Assembly (NCBI GenBank): GCA_010093995.1
Contig: ML992504.1
Coordinates: 1,164,322 to 1,228,321, forward strand
Direction of reading: 5' to 3'
DNA: 64,000 nucleotides
From: Elsinoe ampelina
Lineage: Eukaryota
The notes below the pieces were generated by a model. That model ran no database searches and had not been told where the DNA came from. It worked only from the letters and a program-made list of their open reading frames with translations. Both the position numbers and the translations under genes were made by a program. Below, piece by piece: positions 9,974 to 22,160 of this stretch (the stretch's first letter is position 1; every line of letters begins with the position of its first letter).

Positions 9974-11284
9974 ATGCCTCCGCGAAAGCGCCGGACTGCG
10001 GCCACGACTTCTTCACCACCTCCTTCACACCCTTCAACAGCTCCTTCACCTGATCCTTCCAACTCAAACCCAGCAGATGCTCTTTCCACTACCTCGGGGG
10101 ATCCAGCAGTGGATCTTCTTTCCGATCCATGGACCGACGCCGAGGAGACAGCTCTATATCGAGCATTGATCAGACACAAGCCAACAGGGTTGCACAAGCA
10201 CTTTCGTATGCTGGACATCTACCTTGGACTGCTCAGCCAAGGATATGTACGCGAGAATCCTGCAGGCTTGGGTTTAGGTCTTGAAGAGAAGGGGAGGGGC
10301 AAAGGAACCAAGGTGCTGCTTGAGACCAAGGATGGAGAGGGGGACATTGCCATGGCCGATGCGGGAGCCGGAGATGGCAATGGCGATACACAGGAGGGTA
10401 TAGAAGCCAGGGAAAGCGATGACGGCCGACACACCTCCATTCGCGGGATATGGCGCAAGCTCCACTCACTGTACGACCTCGAAGCGCTGGATGAACGAGA
10501 ACTAGAGGGCGACTACGAACGAGCCTTTGGCACCACTTCCTCAGCCGCCTCATCCTCATCTGAAGACGAGACCACCACAAATCGCCGCGCCAAAAGATCC
10601 CGTAAAGCCTCCTCGCCCTCCAACTCCCCCGCCCCAATCGGGAGAGAATTCCACCTCCCCACCTCCCCCTCTCCCTCTCACGACAGCCCCTCCTTCACCC
10701 ACCTCATCTGGGCGAAACGCTTCCCCTCCCCATCCCCCTCCCTGCCCGGCTCAGGCCCACCCAGCCCCTCCACCACCAACCCCAAACGCTCCAGCACCGC
10801 CCGCCCCAAACTCGAACGCCGAGACAGCAGCCCTGCGCAAATGCCCGAACTTCTCCCCAGCCGACACGAACCCCCAATCAAGTTCCAGCCGAGCTTCACC
10901 ATCCCGTCCGACGGCGAGGGCGACGAAGGCGGGACACCAGTGCGCACGACGGAGAAAGAGAAGACGACGAAACGAGGCAGGGGCCGGCCGAGTAAGTCCT
11001 CTTTACCCGCGGCGGTTGCGCAGGGGAAGGGGAGGGAGAGTAATATCACGCGAAGGAGTAGTCGGGTGGCGACGAATACGAACGAGAGCGAAGAGGAGGA
11101 GGAAGGGGAGGAAGAAGGGAGCGGTGAGGAGGAGGGAGGGGAGGATGAGGATGAGGAAGAGGAGAGTAGTAGTGAGGAGGAGGAGGAGGAGCAGGATAGT
11201 CCGCAGAAAAAGACGAGGGGAGGAGGAAGGGGGCGAGGGCGGGGAAGAGGTGGTGGAAGGAGAGGAGGCAGGGGGAAGAAGTGA
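9974..11284 (+). CDS. EAF7: NuA4/TINTIN subunit Eaf7 (CT20 family)
   Basis: WTDAEETALYRALIRHKPTGLHKHFRMLDI and IWRKLHSLYDLEALDERE motifs; acidic/RGG tail. Confidence 0.85.
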   Translation: MPPRKRRTAATTSSPPPSHPSTAPSPDPSNSNPADALSTTSGDPAVDLLSDPWTDAEETALYRALIRHKPTGLHKHFRMLDIYLGLLSQGYVRENPAGLGLGLEEKGRGKGTKVLLETKDGEGDIAMADAGAGDGNGDTQEGIEARESDDGRHTSIRGIWRKLHSLYDLEALDERELEGDYERAFGTTSSAASSSSEDETTTNRRAKRSRKASSPSNSPAPIGREFHLPTSPSPSHDSPSFTHLIWAKRFPSPSPSLPGSGPPSPSTTNPKRSSTARPKLERRDSSPAQMPELLPSRHEPPIKFQPSFTIPSDGEGDEGGTPVRTTEKEKTTKRGRGRPSKSSLPAAVAQGKGRESNITRRSSRVATNTNESEEEEEGEEEGSGEEEGGEDEDEEEESSSEEEEEEQDSPQKKTRGGGRGRGRGRGGGRRGGRGKK

Positions 11285-11523
11285 TGGACTGACGAGGGTG
11301 GGGAGGCGAGGATGAGGCTGGAGTAGAAATGATACCCCTTGCGAGCGACAGCGCAGCGCAGATGAACAGTGTTGAAGGTCATGATATACATTCCCCCGCT
11401 ACCGTTAGTGATCGTGAAAACTTTTCTCCCTGCAGTGGTAGTGGTACAGATACACCCCCCCCTCCCTTCCAAAACCCTATGCAACGCGAGGCTGACCTGT
11501 CCTTGAACCAATACTCTCCACCT

Positions 11524-14500
11524 CTACCGCCCAGACCTCCTCGCCACGAAATAAACAATCAGATTCCTCATGCCCTCCTCCACGCCCCTTGCCTTCCCCT
11601 CCCCCTCCCCCTCCAAAGCAGCCCAAAACCCCTCCTTCTCCCTCACAGCCTTGCTCACGATCCCCATCCCCCCACCCCCAATCGTCCCCCCCTCCATCTC
11701 CCCATCGACACCCTCCGCGTGCCCATTCACCCCCTCACCCCCCTTCGCAGGCCAAGCAACATACAGCTCCGTCGCCAACTCGACCGCCACCTTGCGCACC
11801 TCCGCGTCCACCGACCTCAACAACCTAGCCACCAACCCCGCAATCTCCCCTCGTTGAGACGCAGTGATACCCATCTCATCACCACCCCCCGAAGCAGACC
11901 GCGAAAGCGCACCCGTCACGCACCTCACCCCCAGCGCCGTCGCGAGCGGCACGGCCTTGGCCCCTGCTCTCTCCTCCCCGTTCACGTCCGGGTAAGCAAA
12001 CGCCCCCGCCCCCTCCCCGTCACGGATCTGCTCCTCCAGGAACATACCCGCGACGTCCACCGTGCCCTTCCCGCCCAGGACGGCCGACACGTCGGCGCAC
12101 AGCGCCTCAATGTCCTTGACGACCATGGAGTGGGGCTCGATCCACTTGCGCCCTCTCAGGGTGGAGGCGAGGGATCGGGAGTAGAAATCCCCCGCCGTAT
12201 TCCAGGAAGAGAACGTCTCGGCCTTGAGCAGCCCGCGCAGGACGGTGAAGGCTTGGCGCTTGATTTCGCTCGTCATGCGGCCGGGCCGGAGGTCGAGGGC
12301 GGGCGTGCTGCCTGGTGCTGCGGAGATGAAGTCGCAGAGGGCGAGGAGGAGGTCGGTGTATAACCTCGGGACACCATCGTCGGTGTCGGCGTGGCCAAAG
12401 AGGTCGTGGGCGTCGTTGGACCGCGTGAGTTCGAGGACTTTGCGGAAGCCGTGTGTGTCGAGCGTGCGAGCGCGGATGCGGCTGATGCCGCTTTGGAGGA
12501 GCTTGCGGGAGCGGAGGCGCTCGGATTTGCTTTGGGGGGACTGCGGTGGGGAGATGGGTGGTTCGGGGATGGCGGCTGCGAGGGAGGGATCTGCGGTAGT
12601 GGGAGGGGAGGTCTCGTTGACAGCGAGCTCAGTGAGAATTTGTGGATCAGGTTCCGGTTGTGATGAGGAGACCGTGGATGTGAATGGATCTTCCCAGATC
12701 TTGACGGGTGGCTCCTCCGGCGCCGAGGCTTGCTTGAGTGGGCTGCCCTGCCGTGAAGGTGGTTTTGTCTCTGTAAGAGGTGTATCCCGACGTGGAGATT
12801 GATCAAGTGGTGATCTAGAACGTTGCGAAGATGGTGATGCCCGAGCTTGTGGTGAAGGGATATGAAGTGAGGAGCGAGACCCAGGTCGGCCTGGCAGCCC
12901 CGCAGGATTGTCAGATAAGGCTCGTATAGGTCCTTTGTGTGACGAGTTTGGACGCTCTCCGAGGCCATGTACCGTACTCGACGATTGTGTCGAAGGCATG
13001 ACGAGTGTAAAGTTGTCTTCGATCCCAAGTCCTTGCACTGCGGTATCGTAAGACTGTGCTGTCTCCAAAGCTGGTCGCTTTTTAGCTGCCGAGGAAGCAG
13101 TCTCGCGTGAGATGGCACTTGGCAGCACCATAGTCAAATCAGCAGCCTGGAGGTGACCCGAGTCCTCAGAGATGTCCAACGCGTCTCGCGTACTCGGCCT
13201 TGGACCTGTTGTTGGTCGTGCATTGTTACTGCGTAGAGGACTTGCCGCAGGACTTCCCATTCGACCGACTCGATTCCTAGCGATGGTCGATTGTGTGTTG
13301 GCGGGCTTTGTGGTTGTACTTTGACGGGGACTCCGATTGGGACTCTTATTAGAAGGCGTCTCGGGTCTGAGCATCCGCCGCGAAGCATATGGATCTGCTG
13401 TAGCGGGTCGCGCAATCTCAGGACGCTTCACGGGTCTCCGAGCGGCGCCTGACATTAATGAATTTGGTCGCGTGGTCGCGGTTGACGATGCCGAAGACAC
13501 AGAATCTACAGTCGCTGTAGATGCTACTGAAGCGTTCGATACGACTCGAGAAGATGGAGGGCCCATGGCTTTTGCTCGAGCAGAGAGATTCGCCATCGAC
13601 TTTGATTTGGCTGGTGACATTGATGCCATGGCAGTGTTTGGTCTGCTAGGTTGAGCCTTTTCTCGTTTGGCTGCCGCGATCTTGTCTCGTAGAGCTGACC
13701 GTGCTCCGCTGGCTCGACTACTGGTTGATGCCGAAAAACTTGACTGCATACTCGAGGCATTGGGATTGTGCGGATCTCGTTGAAGTGCAGTCCTGACTTT
13801 ATCGTCCAGTGCGTTGATCATCCTGGTCAAGTCAGTTTCATTTACCTTGAGCTCAAACATTGTACTCACGTCTCCGCCTTCTCGGGCCACAGCTTTGCAT
13901 ATGTCCAGTAGGTAGCCCGCATGCTCTCTTTCACCTTGGGATCAGCGTCGGTGAGACACTTCTGGATTGTCTTTTCTGCAAGGTCAAGACCGCCAACATG
14001 CTCGAAATGTGTCCTCGACCCGGCTTGGCGATTCAGAAGAGTCCGCAACCAGCCTGCCGCGCACACACGTGGCTGCTTGTTCTTGTCTTGCGCGGCAAAC
14101 CAGATATGTTGTGACAATTTGATGTTGTAAGACACGTATTGGAAGATGGTGTCAACAGTCTGGTTGCCACTTTGCGTGGCTATGGCCTTTGTCGCCGCAC
14201 ACATCTTCACGAAGCTCTGTAAGAAGAGCTCTACCATTGAGTCCATGGCAGGTCCGAGATTCCGTGCAAGTTCTTGAACCAGCTGGCAAGCGTTGGTCAT
14301 CATTGTCGTCCTCAGTGAGTTTGCAGCTTTAAGGATGCCTTCCTGCAATTGCTTCATACCAGTCATGTACACAGCGTAGTATTCGCTGGGACCATTCCCC
14401 TTGAGAAGCTTGCGAAGTTTGGTAACATCCTTGTCTCGTAGTGACCAATTCTCTTCCGACTCGCGTCCCTCAAAGTGTGGCATCATGTCTCGGAACATGT

Positions 14501-15353
14501 CTTCAAGCTCTTGCTTCGAATTGACGAAGATTGGATCCATGGGGATCTCGTCTGGAGGTGGTGGCTTCGCTTCTTCGCTGTGAATGCTTTGCGCGAAATG
14601 CGAAACGTGATCAAAAGCCGGGAGTGATCTTGTCGAGGCCCCAAGATCGACCTCTAAAGCTGGTCGGTCGGAAAGACCAAGTTGGGCCAGAATCTGTGAG
14701 GCAATAGACTGTCGCACAGCGTGCACCTTGAGCTGCTTCTTAAGATCATTCTTCGCAGGCGTCGAGGCTCCTCTGAAAAGATCTACCAGCGCAGCCTTTG
14801 CCGCGTCTCTCACTTGTCCATCTGCATCTTCAAGACACGTGACTATTGACGGAACAAAGCTCTTGAACGGTAGCGCGTGCTCGTCATGCATTTGTACCAC
14901 CCATTGCATGCCCATCTCCTTTGCGCGTCCATTGGGGCCCCCTATAGCCTCGTCGCGAATGATGTGCTCGACGTCTGTTGCGCAAAACGGGTGGAGGTCG
15001 ATAAAGGCTTGCAATGCGCCTACACGGTGGCTATCACGAGGATCGGCGAAGCGCTCTTGTAGTGCCGGCCAGAGTCGAGGCGCAAGTGATGTGATGGCTC
15101 GTCCTTCAGGATCTTGAATCTTCAGCCGCTTGATGAGATGTCCGAGGGTGGACAGGGCTGCAGTAACAACATTGATACTGGTCTGGCTCGCGATTGCAAG
15201 CTTGAGACACTCGAAGATAGTCGCCTGTGCGTTTTCCGGCACGCGATAGTGCTTGATATCCGACTTTAGGTTGCTGAGGAGTGTCAGCTTCTGCTCGGGG
15301 GGAGCAGAAGTGCGCCGCAGTGTCGCCAGTAGATTTGCCGCTTGTACGTCCAT
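11524..15353 (-). CDS. STU1: CLASP-family microtubule regulator Stu1
   Basis: N-terminal TOG/HEAT and CLASP_N motifs (FEGRESEENW, SLRTTMMTNACQLV, DADPKVKESMRATYW); short intron ~13869-13823 joins the two ORFs. Confidence 0.92.
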
Positions 15354-15921
15354 TGCGACTATGGCGAGTGTGATGTTGGTCAGCTAGAGGTCATCTGGGT
15401 TAGTTGGCCGATTGCAAATTATGAGAGCGTTGAGGTGGGGGACGAGGGAGCTCTGGGCAATATTATCTGTAATGGACCAGAGACGGATTCGCGGATCCAA
15501 ATCCAATGTTGTCTCCCAAACACGCTGCGGGTCCTCCCGTCTTTAGCCAGGGCTGCCAGACGATTGGGCCCGATTAGTTGAAAAAGAGCCCCCGCAGAGA
15601 CCGTTGTCAAGGCAAACACATGCAAGAAATGGCGCTCCGTCTTGCCGGTTTAAACTACAGTAACTTGATGTCTCTTGACCGAGTCTCGACGTCGCGGAGC
15701 ACGTGATCCTCAGCTATCTATTTCGATACTATCTCCAAGATTCGTCCTGCATTTTACATAAAGTAGCCCCTGTTCCGTTTCCTAGTCTCGTCGTGTCTGG
15801 CGTATATTTTACCCTCTTCGATTCCTCTGATCACGCTTCCGAACAACGGTGCTGCAAGGGCTGCCCTGCGCCGCAGCTAGCAATTCGTTTCTATCTCTTT
15901 CATCATCATCTTCATCTCAGC

Positions 15922-16998
15922 ATGACCATGACAAAACCCGGAACATCGTCAAATATCCCGCAGTACTTCCAGACCATGTCACTTGCTCATTCACAACCCA
16001 CGCCATCAAAGGCGCCCGAGCCAGAACGAGAGCCAGAGGTGGCAACAGACGAGACACCATCGGACTCATCCCACAAAGACCATCCTCGACTTCCAACACC
16101 TACTCTACGTGTCGAACTTCGTGATATCCGTCATGAAGCGACAAAAGTCTTCCTCGACCACGTCAATGCCGCCACCGACATTGCCAACATGGTTGACACC
16201 GTGAACGAGATCCTCTACTACCCACCGAAGACCGCCACACCTACAACCTCCAACTCATCAGCATCCACTGATGACCAGAAATCTCTCCGTCCCCGTCCAT
16301 TCCACCCTCACATCCCTCCAACCCGCTCCGTCACCTTCGTCCTCCGCGACATGGACGGCGTCGCCTACACCACCGGCCTCGAGCTCGACGACGACCACAA
16401 GGAAATCCACTTCTCCCTCTCCTACATCGCCATCGTAGCCAAACGCTTCACGCCCCGCTCCCAACGATCCTCCACGATCGCCTCATCCTCTTCTTCCTCC
16501 TCCTCCTCCTCCACCACCTCCTCAACCCAATCCACCACCTCCTCCCCTTCCCTCCCCTCCTCCTCCCCCATCCCCTCTGCCCCTCCCTCCCTCCCACCTT
16601 CCTCCCCCTCCCCCTCCCTCCCCCTCTCCACCACCTCCCCCTCCATCCGCGCCGAACTCCTCGGCGTCATCTGCCACGAGCTAGTCCACTGCTACCAATG
16701 GAACGCCCTGGGCAGCGCTCCCGGCGGTCTCATCGAAGGCATCGCTGACTTTGTGCGTCTGCGCGCCGGGTTCGTCCCGCCGCACTGGAGGCGCGAGGGC
16801 GGCGAGAAATGGGATGCTGGGTACCAGACTACGGGGTATTTCCTGGATTGGCTCGAGGGGAGGTGTGGGGAGGGGGCGGTGAGGCGGTTGAATGAGGCGA
16901 TGCGGGGGAGGAGGTATGAGAAGGGGGTGTGGAGGGAGTTATTTGGTGAGGAGGTGGGGACGTTGTGGGAGGAGTATTGTGCGACTTTGAAGGAGTGA
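15922..16998 (+). CDS. BSP (basic secretory protein)-family zinc peptidase-like protein
   Basis: DMDGVAYT, GVICHELVHCYQW (HExxH), PGGLIEGIADFVRL, WDAGYQTTGYFLDWLE; Ser/Pro insert within the domain. Confidence 0.88.
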   Translation: MTMTKPGTSSNIPQYFQTMSLAHSQPTPSKAPEPEREPEVATDETPSDSSHKDHPRLPTPTLRVELRDIRHEATKVFLDHVNAATDIANMVDTVNEILYYPPKTATPTTSNSSASTDDQKSLRPRPFHPHIPPTRSVTFVLRDMDGVAYTTGLELDDDHKEIHFSLSYIAIVAKRFTPRSQRSSTIASSSSSSSSSSTTSSTQSTTSSPSLPSSSPIPSAPPSLPPSSPSPSLPLSTTSPSIRAELLGVICHELVHCYQWNALGSAPGGLIEGIADFVRLRAGFVPPHWRREGGEKWDAGYQTTGYFLDWLEGRCGEGAVRRLNEAMRGRRYEKGVWRELFGEEVGTLWEEYCATLKE

Positions 16999-17634
16999 TG
17001 AGGAGGGGGAGGTGGGTTATGGTGTTTGGTTTCTGGGTTCGTGGTTAGGACGGGAAGTTGGCGTATTGGCTTGGGGTTTCTGTTCTTGGGGCACAGCAGG
17101 GTAGGGTGGCATGTGGAGGCAAAAAATTATAGAGCGAAAAATGATAATGGGCTTAGGTTATCATGAATAGCAATGAGATGCATTTTATGTGCAGCATATC
17201 TATCTTGGCATCTACCTCAGATCTACCGCTCTACATTCGTGCTTCGTAATTTTATGCAATGCATACAAGTCTATGTCTACTACTTCGAATCCATGTGCAT
17301 TTGCGTTTGCAAAGCCTCGATTCTAGAGCTGCTGAACCAGTGCTTACATAATACCAGTCATACGTCCAAGCTGTTCTGACAGGTTGCCGAGTCTGCCATA
17401 TTGACTTCAAGGGCGCTTGATCCATCTCGAAGACATGGGTTGAAGCTACCTTCATGCTGCTCATGTGCAGTCGTAATATGTTGAATTTCATACCCAGATG
17501 TGATTGTTCAGTTTCTGTCGCTCAAAGATATCCCGTTCATATGCATCCCTAGTGGCCATGAGATGTTTGCGGCAAGTGACTCCTCTCGATCCGACTCCAA
17601 CCGCGGCGTTTGCAAAGATGGTAGCCGCGTCATA

Positions 17635-18472
17635 CTATGAGCTCTTGAATAGCTGTGGAAAGATTGATCGTAGTTCCTCGAGTTCTCGGATCTGGTAATG
17701 TCCTGTTGGCTGAGGAGGAGGATCCGCGTCATGCTCAACCAGATGGACAGCAGTCCAGCCGAATGCTTTACCGCCTTTTACGTTCAGACCGGAGTCATCT
17801 GTTATTGATGATCAGCGTCTCTCTTAGCCCATTGATGTTCACCAGCACGTACCGACAAAATAGCAGCGTGAAACATCCTCGGCCCCAGCCTCTTTCATGG
17901 CTTTCTTGAACATGTCCTCGGCCGGCTTGCATAGTAACGGTTGCGCGGCATAGTCACAGTATGTGATGCCCTCGAATAAATCGTCAATGCCGAGTAGACG
18001 TACCACCCGTTTACCGTGGTTGACATAGGCGTTCGTGAAGAGCCAAAGCTTGACCTTGGAAGTATCCATGTCTTCTATAAGTTTTCGGAGTTGAGGATTG
18101 GGCTGTAAGATATCCTCGAGAGGCAATGCATCGTCCACTTGTGCGTTGTATTCCAATGGATCGACTTTGTGGTGGCGAACAAGACCTTCGATAGCCAGTC
18201 CATAGTCTTTGTAATATCGCATGTGCAGTTCGTTGGCATCGTCTCGAGAGAGCGACAGGTGTGTCTCGAAGTACTTGTCGATCAATCTGGTCAGGTCAGA
18301 AGAGGCCTGTGCTATGGAGCATGAGATTACTCACTCAGACATGATGTTGTGAACTCTTTTGCTTTTTGGATAGAGCTGGTCCCATCAGTATGAACGCGTG
18401 ACAACGAGGAGAGGTAATAGATACGCAGTTATCGATGTCGAAGAAGAAGACGGCTCTACCATCGGTCGCCAT
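17635..18472 (-). CDS. SDT1: Pyrimidine 5'-nucleotidase, HAD family (Sdt1-like)
   Basis: VFFFDIDNC, YYKDYGLAIEGLV, LWLFTNAY, CKP, CYFV|DDS; several short introns. Confidence 0.88.
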
Positions 18473-19242
18473 GGTTTTGGTGTGATGGAATGCTAAGGCG
18501 GGCCGAGGGGAATGACTTGAAAGACGCGCTCGAGGAGCTGTCGACTGCGGGAGGGTATGCTGTGCTGAAAGGAAAGATGACCGCCTCGGGAATATAGAAA
18601 GAAGAGATCGTGGAAAAGAGTGACTGCCCACCAGATTGTTGATGCTGGAAGGACGGGAGAAGCACTTGATGGTCGTGATGCCATGACTGCCGCTTTCAGG
18701 GTCGTGACCCGCCAAGTGCTGCTGCTCCAAGCGCCTCCCGTCGCCCACACAAAGCTTTCAAGCTTTCTGCTGCTTCTTCAACTCCACCAGCGCAACATCC
18801 ATCTCAAGCTTTTCAAAAGACGTCGGATCGAGCTTCAGCAATCGCGGTCAAGTCAAGTCAAACGTCTTTATCGCGTTAACATCCTCGGTTTTCGTCCTGA
18901 GAGGTCTGAAGGTAGCTTCGTGAGCGCTGGCGACACCAACCAAACTCGACCATCACGCGAAGTGAAGAGCTCTACCGGCCATAGAAGCAGTGACGACACC
19001 ACAACAGATCCTCAACTAGTCATCAGAGAGAGTCAATTGACCACCAATTTCCGCGACACAAATCATAGGTAACTTTCCTGGAACCCCCCCACCTTCTCCA
19101 AGGTGGTGTATTTGTACGATATTGGACAACTGGAAGATTACTCTCTCTCATGAACGACAAGATCTCTCCCTAGAGCCTCTGTGAAAAAAAGAAACGTCTT
19201 CTCGCGATCTGTGTTTCTGGCTTTTCCAGGCCATCATTCAAC

Positions 19243-20118
19243 ATGGAGGCCTACCGTATTAACACGAGCCATGCAGACCCTTCCGAGCAAGACCTCAAAG
19301 GTCTATCTCCTGTTTCCTTTGTACAAGACGAAATTATACCCTACTTCTTGACCGCCATTTCATACCTCAAAGACTGCATCCTTGAAGATAGCGGCTCCGA
19401 CCCCTCACCCAGCGAAGCATTCCGAGAAGAACTGCAGTATCTATCCACGTCCGCTCTCGCCCTTGAAGGATCAATCGACGAAGAAGCCTTTGCATTTCTC
19501 CAGAAGTTTACCGATCTCGCCATCAGTATGCCTGAGGTCTGGCTAAGTAAGAATGCCAACCGCGACAGAGTTCTTGGACGTCGTCAGTCCAACTGGCAGA
19601 CCTTCGATGCCCGAAAAACAGCACGAAAGGCAGCAAGGATGACCAGCAAAAGCACAGCGCCACCCCAGATCGTCAGGAGAGAGACTGTGGCCGTCAAGGA
19701 ACCTGTAGCGCCACAGGCACTCCCAGCAGACAGAGAGCCACTCGTCATACGTATGGTTTCAACCAACGAGCGCGCGCCGGTCCTTCCCGATACCACAGCA
19801 CAGTCGGCAAGCAGTGAGACCGACTACTACTCGAGCGTGACGGGCAAGTTCACCACCACAGGTGAAGAGGACATTGAGATGGGAGAGGCTGAGCAGGAGG
19901 TATCAAGCGACTACGAGCCAGATGTGGTCGTCCCGATTGCTCCAGTATGCTTCTATTGCCCTCATTCGTGCTCAACACTGACCAAATGCGCAGCAGGCGG
20001 ACCGCACTTATTTCCGCGAGGGGGCGCCGCCCGGTGCGCCGCCCGGTGCGCCGCGCAGGCTGGGGCGCTGGGAGAGTGCCATTGTGTTCGACCAGTATGG
20101 CAACAAGTACTTGGCTAG
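19243..20118 (+). CDS. Orphan hypothetical protein (possibly decayed)
   Basis: 291-aa ATG ORF with protein-like composition and a Cys/His cluster near the C-terminus; no family recognised. Confidence 0.4.
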   Translation: MEAYRINTSHADPSEQDLKGLSPVSFVQDEIIPYFLTAISYLKDCILEDSGSDPSPSEAFREELQYLSTSALALEGSIDEEAFAFLQKFTDLAISMPEVWLSKNANRDRVLGRRQSNWQTFDARKTARKAARMTSKSTAPPQIVRRETVAVKEPVAPQALPADREPLVIRMVSTNERAPVLPDTTAQSASSETDYYSSVTGKFTTTGEEDIEMGEAEQEVSSDYEPDVVVPIAPVCFYCPHSCSTLTKCAAGGPHLFPRGGAARCAARCAAQAGALGECHCVRPVWQQVLG

Positions 20119-20323
20119 ACCACTCCCCTAGCGCTCCAGCCTAGGGCCCGCAACCAGCGACAGCGTTGGGGTCATAGCCCTGCACCAGGAAGAGGCCAGC
20201 GGTCAGGATAAGACCTTGCTTTGTTTTTTGTACGACTAGATACCCCATAAGTATGCAAGGCGTCCGTCCGAGATCAACCCTTCCAACTTGTCTGTGTCAT
20301 TGTCAAGCCTCTAGGCATCCTTC

Positions 20324-20537
20324 TTGGTTGGCGTGTCGCCGCTGACTCTGTCATGGAATCAAGCTTACAACAAATATAGCTACAAGCTATGCGACTTGGT
20401 CGGTATGTCGCCACTGACTCTGTTATGGAGTGAAGCCTGCAACAAACACAGCCACAAGCCATGCGATTTGGTTGGCATGTCGCCACTGACTCTGTCATAG
20501 AATCAAGCCTGCAACAGACACAGCCATGAGCCATGCA
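20324..20537. repeat. About 3 x 72-bp tandem repeat with RIP-type divergence
   Basis: TGTCGCC..TGACTCTGT at 20334, 20406 and 20478. Confidence 0.9.
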
Positions 20538-21151
20538 AGGAGTTTGTGGGTGTGTTAGAATACCTGCACCGCTAAATGTCCAGCTGACACATGATGTGCC
20601 CACAAAGTATGCAAGAACATGTGCAGGACGCCGATGTTTCCACCAACAGATACGGATCTTTGGTCAATTACAAAGCAGGCAGGATCGCTGCTTCAAACGC
20701 CCAATCGGCGCCTTCTACAAAGATATGTCACAATGTGAGCATCGCTGTTTGGAGGAGCAATTACTGATGACTGTGCAGAGCTTTTTCGTGAGTGCCATGT
20801 CGTCCCAGAGCATCGTTGATGACTCCACGACTTGCGTCTGGCACAAGTGTACCTCGACAGAATGGCAACGCGAATGGCTGCCAGCGACCACATTGCCAGG
20901 CACAAGTATGTCGATAGATGAGTAGTGAGTCTCCAGTACAGCCTCGTCAACCATTTTCGTCCACACAGAACATGGCAATCCGATGATCGCCGTGCTGGAA
21001 GCGCCGCTGGACAATCTAGCAAGCACATGGCCCCCCAAATGTCATCCAAGGACAGAGGCTCCACCAATCAAGCCTTGTTGTGCAAGCTCATTGTACGTGA
21101 TGGTATAAGGGAGCGAGTCCGTGGTCATTAAGCTGCTGGCACTTCTTCATA

Positions 21152-21310
21152 GCCCAGGCACTTTCGATGTCTTTCCCAGTCACGTAGGCTATTGATGAGC
21201 CCAGTACTAGGCGGCAAGTCAAGCTGATGGCACTATGCTTGGCCCAGGCAATTTCCACGTCTTTCCCAAGCACATGAGCTATTGAGGAGCCCAGGGCTAG
21301 GCGGAAAGTC
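21152..21310. repeat. 2 x 90-bp-period degenerate direct repeat
   Basis: GCCCAGGCA...GTCTTTCCCA...GCTATTGA.GAGCCCAG..CTAGGCGG.AAGTC at 21152 and 21242. Confidence 0.8.
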
Positions 21311-22160
21311 GTGCCCGTCTTCGAGTTAGGAATCCAATCCTATGGCTCGCAGTCGTTGCCACTCATCCGCATCCTCGGGCAAGATTTAATGTCCTTAATC
21401 GACCCAGCACTGGCTTAAGCGCCAGCATGATGTTACTTCTTTCGCCGAGCTGCGTGTCTACTAGTGGAAGTCCAGACATTGTATCCGAAATTTTCAAAGT
21501 TGATTTGAGGATTGGTCTGCTCGATCATAGCCAGCAGAGCCAGAGTATGATCCAGAGGGTTTCGCAAGTTGTTGAAGGCATATCCTTAGCCTTAGGAAAG
21601 ATGATGACGGGATGCTGACAGAGAGCAGAACAACGGCACTGAGTGAGACATGCTCGTTGTGAAGCATGGGCTGGGAAAAGCTGACAATTCGAGCGCAAGA
21701 TTGACCATCACATACGCTGATGCATCGGTCGTCATTAGTTTCTTTCATTTGCCATTTCTGCCATCCTGGCTGCAGCAAATACTTTCAATCTTCCTCATCT
21801 TGTCTGTAAATAATGGTTCTGTTGAAAATCGATGTGGGATTAAAGTTTCCCGGCAATCGAGTGGCCCAACCCGATTGTGGAGCATCACGTGACCTTCTTT
21901 GAACGTTTCGTGCCGATGCTGAGCAGCGCACTGAATCGTCACAATCAACCACTTCCTACCCCCCAGGTTATGCAACCTTACACATTCTTGTTTGTCCGTC
22001 TCGTTTGAGGACAGACTTGCATTCGATCTACTGCAGCTCTGCCGAAACACGCTTTCGGCAACACGGCTGCTGGATCAGTCAATCTGTCTCCTCAACTCCG
22101 CCCTGACCTCTCTTACCCTCGACGCGGCGTCAGAGGGGAGAGAGTCCATTCATCCTGACC

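Noticed and set aside
9974..11284. Functional link between the chromatin gene EAF7 and the neighbouring H3L transposon
   Set aside because: EAF7 is an unRIPed host gene separated by the copia; the adjacency gives no evidence of a link.
10527..12363. Long Pro/His-rich ORFs (10527-11315, 10678-11511, 11329-12363; similarly 60935-61858, 53663-54115, 37221-37742)
   Set aside because: Shadow or antisense frames of real genes, kept open by the C/G skew that removes stop codons.
13823..13890. Apparent frameshifts in STU1, niaD, the SulP transporter, KH gene and MBL gene
   Set aside because: Each is explained by a short canonical GT-AG intron with a branch site.
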